A DNA stretch of 63,587 nt, counting the filler, from Reticulomyxa filosa (lineage: Eukaryota > Protista > Foraminifera): the NCBI GenBank assembly GCA_000512085.1. It is 21 parts of 21 records of this genome, joined end to end, with 100 filler letters (N's around TTAATTAATTAA, not from the genome) between each part and the next. Parts side by side here need not be neighbours in the genome. Positions count along the whole stretch, not along the records: positions 24,761 to 26,560 come from ASPP01009447.1; positions 26,661 to 27,989 come from ASPP01023343.1; positions 28,090 to 42,185 come from ASPP01006718.1; 18 more parts are not named here. One strand, written 5' to 3'. Below the pieces are notes generated by a model. The model was not told where the DNA came from, did not search any database, and saw only the letters and a list, made by a program, of their open reading frames with translations. This document shows positions 24,972 through 37,933 of this stretch, piece after piece. The position numbers and the translations under genes were made by a program. Position 1 is the first letter of the stretch. Every line of letters begins with the position of its first letter.

Positions 24972-26375
24972 ATGGGCTATGTGCAAGGACTAAGCCGGGA
25001 TCAGAGCAGTCTGTTCCCGGTATCGCTGGACGAGTTGATCGGGCCGGAGCATGTGTGCCGCGTGATTGCGGCGTTCGTGGACCGGCTGGACTTGAAGGTG
25101 TTGGGCTTTGCGCGAGCCCGCGCCAAGGCGACGGGTCGCCCACCTTACGACCCGGCCGATCTGCTGATGCTGTACCTGTACGGCTATCTGAACCGCGTGC
25201 GGTCGTCGCGCCGTCTGGAGCGCGAGTGCCAGCGCAACATCGAATTGATGTGGCTGCTGCACCGACTCACGCCCGATCACAAGACCATCGCCGAGTTCCG
25301 TCGCTGCAACGCGTTGCCGCTGCGCCAGGCCGGCGCTGAGTTCGTCCGGTTTTGTGCCGAAGCCGGGCTGATCCGAGGAGAGTGGGTGGCCGTGGACGGC
25401 ACGAAGTTCCAGGCCGTGGCCAGCGGCAAGGCCATCCTGGACGCGGCGCAGCGGGCCGAGCTGCAAGCCAAGCTGGAACAGCGCATCGCGCAGTACCTTC
25501 AGGAGTTAGAGACGGCCGATCAGCAGCAAGGCGAGGCTGAAGTCGATGCACAGGCATTGCGCCAGGCGTTGGCGCGGCTGCAGCAACAACAATCGGACCT
25601 GGCACAGGCCCACGGCGAGCAGCGGATGCATGTCAGCACGGAGCCCGAGGCGGTCGTGCTCAAGGGCAAAGGCCCGGGCTACAACGTGCAGACGGCCGTT
25701 GATGCCGAGCACGCCTTGATCGTGGCCCATGAAGTCAACGCCCAGGCCGGCGACAACGGCTGCCTGCAGCGCATGGGGGAAGCGGCGCAGCAGGCCCTGG
25801 GTGCCACTGAACTCAAGCTGGTGGCCGACGCGGGCTATGCCAATGGCGAACAGGCGCAGGCGCTGGAGGACAGGGGTGTGCAGGTGCATGTCCCGGTCAA
25901 GCGCTCAGTCAACAACCAGGGCGACGGTGAGCTACTTGATCGGGCTTGTTTCACCTATAACCCACAGGCCGACGCCTACGTCTGTCCGGCCGACAAACTG
26001 CTGCAGCGCAAGCAAATCAACCGCAAGGACAAGGCTGTGGTCTATGCAGCTCAGCCCAGCGACTGTGGCGCGTGCTCGATGAAGGAGCGCTGCACGGCGA
26101 GTTCGCGCCGCATGGTCACCCGCCATCTCTACGAGCAAGCGCTTGAACGAATTCACCAGCGCGCCACGCCCACGGCGATGAGGTTGCGCCGCTGCACCGT
26201 TGAACATCCGTTTGCAGCCTTGAAGTTCCACATCTTCGAGAAACCGCGCTTCCTGATGCGGGGCCTGATGGGAGCGGGCACGGAGATCGCCTTGGCGACG
26301 CTGGCCTACAACGTCAAGCGCGCGCTAGCGGTACTTGGTGGGCGGCACATGCTGCAGAAGTTGGCCCTGCCATGA
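24972..26375 (+). CDS. tnp: IS1182-family DDE transposase
   Basis: GRPPYDP...SSRRLERE...PDHKTIAEFR, VDGTK, GYNVQ, ADAGY, CGACSMKERC and RRCTVEHPF motifs. GGAGG RBS upstream of ATG 24972. Confidence 0.95.
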   Translation: MGYVQGLSRDQSSLFPVSLDELIGPEHVCRVIAAFVDRLDLKVLGFARARAKATGRPPYDPADLLMLYLYGYLNRVRSSRRLERECQRNIELMWLLHRLTPDHKTIAEFRRCNALPLRQAGAEFVRFCAEAGLIRGEWVAVDGTKFQAVASGKAILDAAQRAELQAKLEQRIAQYLQELETADQQQGEAEVDAQALRQALARLQQQQSDLAQAHGEQRMHVSTEPEAVVLKGKGPGYNVQTAVDAEHALIVAHEVNAQAGDNGCLQRMGEAAQQALGATELKLVADAGYANGEQAQALEDRGVQVHVPVKRSVNNQGDGELLDRACFTYNPQADAYVCPADKLLQRKQINRKDKAVVYAAQPSDCGACSMKERCTASSRRMVTRHLYEQALERIHQRATPTAMRLRRCTVEHPFAALKFHIFEKPRFLMRGLMGAGTEIALATLAYNVKRALAVLGGRHMLQKLALP

Positions 26376-26471
26376 CAGGGGCGGTGCCGCAGGACTATCG
26401 GACTGCAAGCGCACGCCAGACCGCAGCACCGCTACTCGCACCGCGCCGTGGATCAATCTGGCGCACACAAA

Positions 26472-26502
26472 CAAAACGCCCCGATGAACTCGGGGCGTTT
26501 TG
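26472..26502. terminator. IS-internal bidirectional terminator
   Basis: CAAAACGCCCCGA-TGAAC-TCGGGGCGTTTTG. Confidence 0.85.
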
Positions 26503-26660
26503 CTATCGGCAACCATTGCGGCCGTTTTGACACGGACTGCGCGGGATCCCGTTTTTTCATNNNNNNNNNNNNNNNNNNNNNNNNNNNNNNNNNNNNNNNN
26601 NNNNTTAATTAATTAANNNNNNNNNNNNNNNNNNNNNNNNNNNNNNNNNNNNNNNNNNNN

Positions 26661-27019
26661 CTGGATCAAGAGATAAAAGTGTTCGTTTGTGGGATATTCG
26701 ATCTGGTCAACAAATCCAAATGTTCAATGGACATACAAGTTATGTATGGTGTGTTGAATATTCACCATTTGTAATAAAGGATAGTATTGGTACTTCAAAT
26801 GTGATATGTTCTGGATCATTGGATAATACAGCTCATTTTTGGGATATTCGATCAAATAAGAGTGAATTACATATGATCAAAGGATATTATAAAGAAGATA
26901 ATGGAATAACTTGTCTTAAATTTATTGTATTGAAAAAGAAAGAGAATACAAATAATGTTACATATGATTTGAATTTGTATTATGGTTCAAGCGAAGGTCC
27001 CATTCGTATTTGGGGATAA
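26661..27019 (+). CDS. WD40-repeat protein, C-terminal fragment
   Basis: SVRLWDIRSGQQIQMFNGH...LYYGSSEGPIRIWG*. Confidence 0.85.
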
Positions 27020-27254
27020 TTGACTTTTTATGAACAAAAAATGAAAGTGTTTTTGTTTGAAAAGTTTGATTAAAAGAAAAGTAAGATAATATTAAACTTA
27101 TTTGATTTGATTGAATGTGGTCATTGAAGATGTATTCTATCTTCTTTTGTTGTTTAAAAATTGAAACAGCTTCGTTGAATGTTTTTTAAAGAATTTAAAG
27201 CATAATAATAAAATTATATCGATTAAGGCTATTTTGAAAAGTATATAATATTTT

Positions 27255-27366
27255 TAGATTTTACAAAAAACTGCCATACCTAAATGGCACCTATATGAAT
27301 AGAAGTGATTTTCTTCATGAAAATAAACATTTAAACCTAATTTTTAAAATTTTGTAGTTTTTAAAT
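27255..27366 (+). mobile_element. Tc1-MITE TIR fragment (copy C)
   Basis: AAAAACTGCCATACCTAAATGGCACCTATATGAA...TTTAAACCTAATTTTTAAA matches 12175-12290. Confidence 0.7.
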
Positions 27367-27773
27367 GAATATTCTTTTTTTAATCCTTTTTCTTTTGTGC
27401 GTTTGTTCAATTTTTTTGTATCGTTGACATTTTTAATTGTTATTTTGAGAAATGCTGTCTCTGTCAGATCAGAAAATATTCCTTTACGAGCTCAGTGTAA
27501 AATTGTAAAGTGGATTGTTATGTAAGTGTGAAACTGCAAAAGGTATATGAGATAATTGAATGATTGTGGTAAAATTAAGTTTATGATGAAATTGTGACAA
27601 GAATGCTAAAAAAAAATGGTCTGACTGCATTAACTAAGAAGAAAAAGATCAATATTAATTCAAGACTCAAATTTGTAAATTGTTATAAACATTAAACTAT
27701 ATATAATATGAAGAAAGTTATCTTTTAGATGAAATAAAGATTAATTTGCGCGGAAGTAATATAATCAAATATA

Positions 27774-27989
27774 CAGTAGGATAAAAAAGAAAGTTGAAAC
27801 CTAAAATGCCACCTTATAGAGATTATTGTGTTTCTCTATGAAAAAACAACATTTAATCAAAATTTTTTTTTTTTATTTAAAAAAAATATCTACGAATCGT
27901 GTAGTTTTTAAATATCATTTTGGTTTTTTATTAAGTCTTTACAATTTTTTTCAAAATTTTAATCTTTCATTTGATTTGGTAAAATTTCT
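27774..27989 (+). mobile_element. Tc1-MITE left arm (copy D), cut by the contig end
   Basis: TA|CAGTAGGATAAAAAAGAAAGTTGAAACCTAAAATGCCACCTTATA, collinear with copy E for about 200 bp. Confidence 0.8.
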
Positions 27990-29837
27990 NNNNNNNNNNN
28001 NNNNNNNNNNNNNNNNNNNNNNNNNNNNNNNNNTTAATTAATTAANNNNNNNNNNNNNNNNNNNNNNNNNNNNNNNNNNNNNNNNNNNNCATATGATGAA
28101 TTGTGCGAAAGAGATAGTAAGTACGTTAGTGTGGATTATGAAATATTCAAAGTGGATAGAGCGAAGAAGGATGAAGCACGAATTTGATTGGAGCCATAAA
28201 ACAAAATATTATCTCAAATTTATACTAGTTGCAGTTTAAATTTGGAATTAGACTTGGATTATCTGTATCAACTTGCTGAATCACGCAAAATTTTCAGATA
28301 TCTTGGAATATGAGTCGTTTGGAAGCGATTATCACAGAAATATCAATCAGTTGCAAGGATATTAGTCAAAAACTGAAAAAGTGCTAAATTGCTTGAAATA
28401 GTGTAAACTAAATATTTTTCAACAACAAGCCAACAACACATCGTATATTATTGTAGTAATTGCAATAACAAAGAAAAAAGGATATTTTAAAACAATTATT
28501 CTTTTGAAACAAAGATTGTAAATACGTTTGATTTAGTGGAACTTTTTACAACACTATTTGAAATTTGTTCAAAATTGACTAATTCATTGGATTTTACAGA
28601 AAGCACATTATCAGAAAGTAGTGATAACATAAATGATTGAAAAAGTGGAAATAATCATCAACAGCTTGTACAAAGTCAAGAAGCTGAAAAAAAGTCAAAT
28701 ATTTACATATTCCAATGAAGACATGTTGGAACAATTTGAAATCAAAACAATTTCGAATTAAAATTGTCGTGCATTGAGTTGGACGATTTGCAAAGTACAA
28801 TTACAAATTTCGGATTTATATTAAAGTATCATAACAATATATTGATACTAAACATATACTTGATTATATGGAGAAACATAGTATTATACAATTGCAGTAG
28901 AAATGCTTCGAATTAAACAGAATATCGATAACATAAAGATCGTGAATGTCCAACAACATTAAAAACTAATTATCTAGTTAGTTCAGGACCACGTTGATGA
29001 AAGTACTGTTAACGGGAGAAAATGACATAGACTTGATTGGAGTCACCAAAATAGTCGATCATTTGATAAATACAAGATAATAAATAAATTAAACGATTTT
29101 ATTCAATTCTGAATATTCTATAGATGAACTAATTCGTAAATGAATGTACCATAAAGCATGTGTGAAACTATTATCAACGAAAGAACAATAAATCATAAGA
29201 ATGTTTTTACGAAAAAATAACATATTCGTTCTATGACATGGAAATCATGCAAGCGATTCTATTATATGTACGATCGTCCAAGAAATTAGGCAAAAGATTA
29301 AAATTAATTTTTCAAGACTAGAAAAAGTAGTAATATTGAAAAGAGAACAAAAAGCAAATAGACAATGAAAAAACCAAAAACAATGATAATGTCGCAGTAA
29401 CACATATAAATCACAACTTTCTATGACAACAAGTGATTGACCAAATGACAACAATAACAACAAAGACAAAAGTCAACAAGCACAAGACTTCTATCAAGTG
29501 GGAGACAAAGTCGTGACAATAACTAACAACTTCGGAAAACTGTTAAAGATTTTGCAGCAATCGTATAATCGATAAAGCTATTCATTAATGTAAATACTTA
29601 AATAGTGTTTTATACAAAAAAAGTTAATGTTAATACAAAGCATATCAAACAAAATGAGCAAAGTAAACGAAACTTGTAAAAAACAATAAATGTAAAGACA
29701 TAAGTAACAAATTGTCATTCCATACTATTGTACAATTTTCTTTGTTATGTCCAAGATTTATTTTTATTCGTTTTAATTTTTTTTTTTAGACATTGATGGA
29801 GAAAAATTCAAAAGATAAAAATTAAAAACAGTAAGTA

Positions 29838-30273
29838 CAGTATTATAAAAAAGGAATTTGACACCTAAAATACCACCTTATAAGGATTATTGTGTTTCTA
29901 CATGAAAAAACAACATTTTTTTAAAAATATCTACGAATCTTTAGTTTTAAATATTATTTTGGGTTTTTATTAAGTCTTTCTAATTTTTTCAAAAATTTTA
30001 ATCTTTCATTTGATTTGGTAAAATATCTTAAAGAAAATACAGTCAGTTAAAAAAGCCAAAATAGATATAACACTTTGGTAAAATTGAATTAAATTTTAAA
30101 AAACATAATCATGCAACCACAAAAATCTTTTTTAAAGTAAATGAAAGATTAAAATTTGTGAAAAAATTAGAAAGACTTAATAAAAACCGAAATGATATTT
30201 AAAAACTACACGATCCTTACATATTTTTTAAAAAAATTTTGATTAAATGTTGTTTTTTCATTGAGAAACATAA
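29838..30273. mobile_element. Foldback-like MITE (copy E) with long imperfect inverted arms
   Basis: TA|CAGTATTATAAAAAAGGAATTTGACACCTAAAA start. Segment 30139-30273 is the reverse complement of ~29890-30012. The outer right end is missing. Confidence 0.8.
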
Positions 30274-30895
30274 AAATAAAACAAAAATAAATAAATAATT
30301 ACAAATTAAATCATTGTTAAAACTAATGCTTCAATATTAAAAAAAAATTGTATGTTAAATATCCTTTTCACATTGGAAAGAGAATGAAAAGTACATGTCA
30401 AAACTTACGAAAAATGACTAATACTATAAAACATAAAAAATGAAAACTAAAATTGAAGCTTCCAAACCAAGTTAGGACGTTAGAACAAACTTTTGCCGAT
30501 CGATTGGTGAAATTTCGGCGAAATAACGTTGCTGTGTGACGAAGTTAGACCTCAATCAATTTTTATTTTAGTGAACTTTTTAAATTTTAATGTTGAACAG
30601 TTACTTAAATGAAGACTGAGTTTTCGTCAAAGTCAGATTTACAAATGAAATATTCTATATCAGGTTTTAAAAACAAGGCACCAATATAATTTCGATTTTA
30701 ATTTTATGAAAACTAATAAGAATCTGCACAAGTTCCAAAAAAAAGGAGGAAAAAGAAGTCCCAAAATGATTTTTCAGTTTATATTGTTCTCATTATAACC
30801 ATACGAAGCACATCACAAAAACACAAAAATTGGAAGGTGCTTCTTCCCCTCCCACCTTGTCAATTCGGATTCACAAGCAAAAAATGTAAAAAAAA

Positions 30896-32487
30896 TCAAA
30901 GAATAATACAACACTGACAATTAGAGGATTGAGCGTTACCAGCCGGCTGCGGTTTTTCGTCGATTAAAGGTGAAGTTGCCTTTGTTTCTTCCTCTTGAGC
31001 GACGGGTTTGTCAGTGGCAACCACTACAGTTGTAGCAGCAGGTTTTGAGTTAGTTTTCTCTTGTGCTTTTTGTTGTTTCAGCCGTGCAATTTCTTCTTCA
31101 AGTCTTGCAATTCGCAAATTGGCATTATCCGAATCAGATGCAACTGTTTTTTGCTCTACTTTTAATCCGCTATTTTCACTTGCCAAATCAGTGACAGCAT
31201 CTTGTTCTTCCTCCAATGCACTTTGAAGAAACACCAATTGGTTTGAAATATCACCATAATCCTTTTGGACTGACGCCCGAATTTGTGCCAAATTGTTTTT
31301 CTGTTCTTCCAATGCTTGTTCTGTGTCACATTATTTATTTTCAAAATAATAATACAAAAAAGGGGGAGGAGACCGAACCTCTGTTATTTAGAGAAAAAAA
31401 AATACGTAACATTAAGTATGAATTTAAAAAAAAAAAAATTAGTAAGTATACATACATATAATAAAAGAAAAAAACATATACATATACATATATGTATAAA
31501 CAATTCAAAACTCTGGGCAACGGATTGAGACAATTTGCTTTCCGAATCTTTGACGCTGGCAGTCAAAGTGGAAACTTCTTCTCCCAAATTTTTATTGGCT
31601 TGAGCAATCGATTCGTTTTCTTTCGTTATGGATGCAATCTGTGCCTCTTGCTCCGCGATGTTATGGATTTGCTCTTTTTCCAAGTTTTGCAAATGTGCGG
31701 CCTTCACCTCCAGGTCGATTGGCAGCAATTTCCGACATTTTACAGTCACAAACAATTCTCCCTTTTTTACATTCTTCAATGTCAACGGGCCAGTAAAAAC
31801 CTTTTTTTTTTTACCGATTGTGCGAATCAAACAAAAGAAAAAAATATTTTTAAAGTAATGTTCATCAGCCACATACACACACAAAGTCCCCCCCCCTCTT
31901 CTTATCCTCTCTCGCCCTGTGTTGGTCATGGTTTAGATATACCAGAGTGGCTGTCTGCAAAAAAGCCATCCAAGGAAAGTGTATAGTCTCCGATGGGATC
32001 ATGCTTTGTGCCCTTGTCCCAATCCCACACATTGAAAGTCAGCTCCTTTGGATCTTTGAAAAATATAAATTGCGTTTTTTCATTCCAAACAGGATCCAAT
32101 GTTTTCATTATTGTTTTTGTCGTGTACGTTTGACGGAAGGCTGTACCTAAAAAAAAAAAAAAAGGTCCCAAAAGTTCCATCGCTTTTTTTTATTATTCGA
32201 AGGGGGTTGGGCCATCAAGTCAATCCAAAAAAAAATTGAGTTTGTTAACTCGGCAATAAGGGTCCGACAATCCAAAAACATCGGCTTTCGTAAGATTTGT
32301 TGCCTTCGTGACATCTACTTGAATCAAAAATATCTGCACGTACGTGTCCGCTGTGGACAAGCCTGTGTCTTCCGCTTCTTCATCTATATACAAACAAATT
32401 GATTTTAAATATACGAGTTATCGCTTCAAAACTAGAAGAAACAAAGTAAATATTACCCTTGCTATCGTCGTGTTTTGCACTTGCCAT
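30896..32487 (-). CDS. C2-domain + coiled-coil protein with C-terminal CaaX (CQCCIIL)
   Basis: About five exons. KADVFGLSDPYC, KTLDPVWNE and VWDWDKGTKHDPIG retain the Ca-binding Asp residues. Heptad region and CIIL terminus. Confidence 0.85.
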
Positions 32488-32901
32488 AATAACTGTCCGC
32501 TCGCTGGTAACAGAACTTTTGTTAAAGTTTTTTTTGCAACTCGAGAGGTACTCGTCCCACAAAAAGCAGACAAAACAGAACGACTTTTAGAGAGTTCAAA
32601 TGAATGTAATAGGAATTTATTAAATAACGTTACAGACGGTAAAATAAATTTATAACAAGTAAAAGTTCAGTAACCCAGCTGAACTTTCCAGCATTGAAGA
32701 TGCGTCGTATATTAGGAAGAAAGAAGTGGATTATCATTCCAACTCTTGTGTGTCGGTACTTCTTTTGCTTTTTTTTTGTTTTATTCTTTTAATAGAATTG
32801 CAGAACATGTATGATCTATTGAATCTCTGGCGGTGTTCTGGGGGGGGGGACACTGGAAAACGACGTAATTTGAAACAATTGGAACATAAGCGGCGTACGT
32901 A

Positions 32902-34818
32902 ATGTGGCAAGGACAAAACTACTTGTGGCTGTCCCACAGTAGCTCCTCCGGAGGTGGTCAGTCGAGCAACCGTGTGAGCGGAAGCAACACGAATCGCTTG
33001 GTGTTTGTGCAAGTGTACCATAGACACGGTGACCGTACTCCGCTGTTGTGTTTACATAAAAACCACGACTTGGAGACGAAAATGTGGAGTGGTTTGGTGT
33101 GCAAAAGCTATTCCCCATATGTCTTACCAGCGCACATGGATACCGATCAAGATAGTTTGATAGAAACAGAAAACCCCCATCACGTGCGCACCCACGATAC
33201 GGACGCGGACCCACACGAGAAAAAGGAAGCCAACAAATTATGTCAGTGGAAGAATATCGCACAGCGATTGCGAGGCGCTTATCTTGTGCATTCCAATGAC
33301 AATTACTATGGTTCTTTTTTTTTTTTTTTTTTTTGAAATAGAAAGGGGGGGAGGCACGTGGTGGCACATGACTTTTTTTTAATTAACAAAAAAAAAAAAA
33401 TCTTTTCGAATTTTTATTGGCCCTTTTTTTTTTTTTTTTTTTTGCACAGGTGACAATTATACAATCGATTCGCGTGATCCAAAACGGTTCAAAGACAAAT
33501 TGGAGCTGCTGACATTTGAACGACACTACACGAAGGCTTGGATGGGACAGCTGACGGAGAGAGGCGTGCGTCAAATGGAAGAGGTCGGACGTTGGCTGCG
33601 AAAGCGTTACATCGACGAGTTAGGGTACTTGTCGCCCACTTTTCATTCGGGGAACGACGGAACTTCCAATTCCAACAAACTTTGGATACAAAGCACCAAC
33701 TTTGCGAGGACCATGTATTCCGTCGATTCGTTATTGATGGGGCTATGTTTAGTGCAACACTTTTTTTTTTTTTTAATTCCTTCCCTCTCGGCTCCCCCCT
33801 TTTATATATAAATATATGTATATAATGTGCTATGGCTTGCGTTGCTTAAAAATCAGATCCAATGACACATCGCACTGGAGAAAATAAAAGCATTGCAATT
33901 CATGTGGACATTGACAAGACCTTTTTTTATCCCTATCCGAAATTATGCCGCAAATGGAGTCGAGTTCGACAACAAAACTCAGCCTATTTGGAAGCCAATT
34001 CTGACAAACAGTTTATTGGATTGAAAGAAAAACTGGCTGCTTCTTTTGGCCATAAAGCATCTGACTTTGATTGGGATTAGTTAGTTTTTATTTTTATTTC
34101 TATTTGTCTTTTCAAAAGAAGGGGGGGAAAAGAGAGGGGAAAAAAAAAAAAATTGAAATAACTTTAAATATAAACATTACGCAAAAAAAAAAAAAAAAAA
34201 AAAGTTTGGGAGAAGCACTCTTGTGTCGACTCGCTCATCAAAAAGACCTTCCAGCTGACATTCCTCAAGAAACGATACGTGATTATTGCGATTACAGCGC
34301 AAAACGAGTAACCTATCAATACTCGCGTAATGACGAAAGTTGTCGCCTCGCATTTGGCGTGATGTTGGACAAACTGTTTCATTCGATGAAACATGACGAT
34401 GGAATGTTCCGTATCGTCAGTTGCCATGATAACACTATCCTGAGCTTGTTAGCTGCTTTGAAAAAAGAGATCCCTGGTTGGCCACCTTATGCGTCAACCA
34501 TTATTTTTGAAGTTCAACTCATCACATCCTTTTCTTTTACAAAGAAATTATATGGATACACAATTTATATAATATATATGCTTGCACATTAAATGACAAG
34601 TAATGAGCTCTTTTTTATAATTGCTTTTTGCAAAGGTGTGGGAGAGAGAAAGAGACAAAAAAAGATTTGTCAAAGCTTTCTATCGTGGTGATCCTGTCAA
34701 ACTTAATGGAGCCGAAGAATTTGTCAGTTTGGAAGGACTTGAAAAAAGATGGGGCAATTGGATGGTCTCAGAAGAACAATATTTGGGTAGTGAGTGCCTC
34801 TGTGAACCAAAGTTGTAA
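32902..34818 (+). CDS. Histidine acid phosphatase (branch 2; ACP6/lysosomal-like), multi-exon
   Basis: HRHGDRTP, GQLTERG, STNFART and SCHDNT motifs. The true start may be ~32700. Confidence 0.9.
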
Positions 34819-36205
34819 ATTGACCTTGTTTGGTTATGAGCTCTTTGAGGGACCCTTCCGTCCTTGCCAAGTTTTGATTATTTTGCTTGAACTTGCTCAC
34901 CATTCGTCATTGCTAGCAAAAAAATCATGCCACTTTGCTCCAAAATACTTTTCTACAAAAAAATATTTGGAAAAAATTATGTCTCAGCAAAACAAATTTT
35001 TAGTACTCTTAGGTCCCCAATACTGGGATTAAAAAAAGCTTGGGACGTGATTGTTGCTTTTTCAATTAGTTCTTATGTCAACAACCTTTACGGCAAGATT
35101 TGTTTTTTTTTGATGAAACAAACATTCTTACTCAAAACGGCAAATGTTTGAATTTTTTTATTTGGTTTTTCTTTGTGAAGCCGATCTACTTGATTTACAA
35201 CTCTTTCAATTTTTTGCTTGAATAGATTACTTTTAATGATTACGTATATCATGAAAAAAGTTAACCGCCCAAACTTTGATAAGAAATTTCTTTTAATTTT
35301 AATGTTTTCGCAAATCAAAGATGTAACTCAATACGTGACATCACGACTATTGTGAGTAACAACTTTATGTTAGGTGTCTTGTTAAAAGATATCAAAAAAA
35401 CAAAACAGAGGTAAACACTTGCAATAAGTGTTGTATGTTTTGTTTGTTTTTTGCGTAGAGTAACACAACGGTAAAACGCACAAAAAAAGTGTTTTTTTTT
35501 TTTAATTCTTCCTTCAATAAAGTTTTTTGTTCATGAAGCAATTCAATTTGCTCGATCATGAACTAACGGATGATTGCAAGGATTGGGTTAACAAAAAAAA
35601 GGCAATTGTGCTTGATCTTATCTGAATTGTTTTTTTCTTTTAAAGAAAAAAACATGATTTGTATTTGTGCTGAAGTTCTGTGAACGCGTGATGTAATTTT
35701 TTTTGTGGTTGAATGTTTGCCGTACAGCCTCGTTTCGGAAGGTGATCCTTTATTTATCAAAGTGGCACTTTTCAAAAAAATGGATATTTTCACTTAGTTT
35801 TTGGGACATTGTATGGTGATAAAATTTTTGTCAATTCTGTTAATTATAAATTTAAAAGGCTTAAACTTGAAATTGGTTGTCCTTGTAAATTCTGTAATAA
35901 TTTACCTCTACTTTTTTCAACAAATTTTGGATTATGAAAATAATTTCAAACAAAAATAATCAAAATATTTTTGTCTCCCAAAAATACTATAAATTGACAA
36001 GCCTGTTCAAAAAATATGACAGTCATAACCGCTGGCTTAAAGGGGTCTGTTGTTAAAACTTGTTAAGTTATTGTTGTTCTCCAGACTTTGGAATTTAGTA
36101 TTTGGCCGATTCTAAGTTGTCTAATCGGTCTCTTTTATTGTGTTGGATTGTTGAGATTATATTTTTGTGCTGTTCTTGAGCTGTTCCGAACTTCTTTGGA
36201 GAACC

Positions 36206-37336
36206 ATGACGCCAGAAGTTTATAAAATGTCGTATCAGATCGTGTCTTGTTTATCGTTTTTGATAATCGTATGCGTGCTGGGCTTATATATTCGCCACTT
36301 GAAAGTACAAGCTATGGAAGAAAAAGAGGAACCAATAGAAGAAAAAACATGGAGTATTCTCGATCGCATCCCTTGGATGTCAATTTGCACAATCTCTTTT
36401 TTCATTTGTTACGCATGTGCGAATTTGCTGGCCTGTGTGGAAAAATATGCAGATACGAAATATTGTTTTGAGAGGACACAGATGTTTACAATTACAATAG
36501 GAGTGGGTCGTCTTTGCATGTATAACATTTATATTTTGCGACTGGAACTGATTTTCAAAAATTGCGCTTATGGTTATTCGACAAGATTTACGACTACTTT
36601 CAGAGGATTTGCTTTTGCTACATTTCTTCCATTTTGCGCAAGCATGTATTATTGTGTTCGTGGTGTTCAGACAAAATTCAGTGATTGCACTTTTGAGGCT
36701 CCTCGCTGGTTTGAGCTCGCATACTTGATTAGCGACGCTTTTTTTAGCTTCTCCTCCTTGATATTGTTCTTAAGGTTTGTTTTTTCTATTTTCATCCAAA
36801 AAAAAAAAATATAAGTGTAATAAGAATTTGAAATTTGTGATTGGTTTGAAAATTCTTACAATAATAACAATAAAACAAAAAGGCCTTTATTCAAAGTCTT
36901 GACCACAAATTCTGATAGTAGACTTCGCTTTGTTGCAACCAAATGTACGGTTTTAACAATTATATCAACATTATCAATGATGATGGGAGTTTTCGCAGCT
37001 GGCGGCTTGCAGTTCTTCCACTTGGCTCGACTTGATGATGTTTAGTTTCTTTTTCTTTGTGCTGAGATTTTTGGAAGAAATTCAGAACAATGGACAGAAA
37101 ACAACGTATTCTTTTGCTGTTTGATAATTAATTCTTTTGCAAACACAAAAAAAAAGGTAATCGAATGCGTCTGTGTCCTCCTGATGAATAATACCTACAA
37201 AGGTTGGTATGAGTGCTTGTGTGCTGGGTGCATTGTTTGCTGCAGGCCATCACTTGAAATGGTCGAGAAAGGAATGATAATCTCAGTGGAACAACCTTCA
37301 TCTGAAAAAATCGACAAAATTGAAAGCTCTTCGTGA
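36206..37336 (+). CDS. Seven-TM GPCR-like membrane protein (3 exons)
   Basis: Five hydrophobic helices in exon 1 with Cys in the extracellular loops. Further helices at ~36882-37040 and ~37157-37200, then a Cys-rich tail. Confidence 0.6.
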
Positions 37337-37933
37337 ATTTATACATTTTTAAAACACGCAAATGCTTTGCTTGGCAATGTTTTTATTGTTTTCTGAGGTT
37401 TTTCTTGTCTGGTGCATTGAGTGAAGGTGTAGGGGTTGGGATCGATGTGGGTTTTGGATAGGATGATTTTTTTTTCTATTTTTTTAACTCCTCAAGATTT
37501 TGAGAGAATGAATTTGGCATTGCAGAGAAACCCATTATGTATGGGACCTGTTCATGTTTTAAAAAATTTGTAAAATAGTCCCTATTTTGCACTCTTTTTG
37601 TTTTTAAGAACAAATTTCAAAATGATTTTAAGAAAAGGTAGCTGTGAAAACATATACTCACTCCAATACAAAGTTTTAACTGCACCAATCACGTTTACGA
37701 ATACCGCAGAACGTGCACACTGAAAAAAAAAATAGTTGTCCATTTAATTTATTTTCAAAAATTTTGATATCCAACACCTAAATTTTTTGTTGTATTAAGG
37801 TCATAACAAACTAGCATGAAATATGAAATTTGTAAAAACCCCAGCGTCTTTGCAAAAGTTCGTTTTTATCAAAATAAAGCTAGTATCTGGTATTTAATCA
37901 TAAACATCCAAAAGACTTTCATAATAAATTCAG

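Larger units (their letters stand above)
24893..26538 (+). mobile_element. Complete IS1182-family insertion sequence (1646 bp) with 4-bp target duplication GCGC
   Basis: IRs AGTCCGTGTCAA / TTGACACGGACT. GCGC at 24889-24892 and 26539-26542. One transposase ORF. Confidence 0.9.

Noticed and set aside
28090-29570. Decayed coding-like or transposase-like sequence (similar stretches at 19640-20400 and 63140-63587)
   Set aside because: Coding-like composition, but no motif could be identified with confidence.
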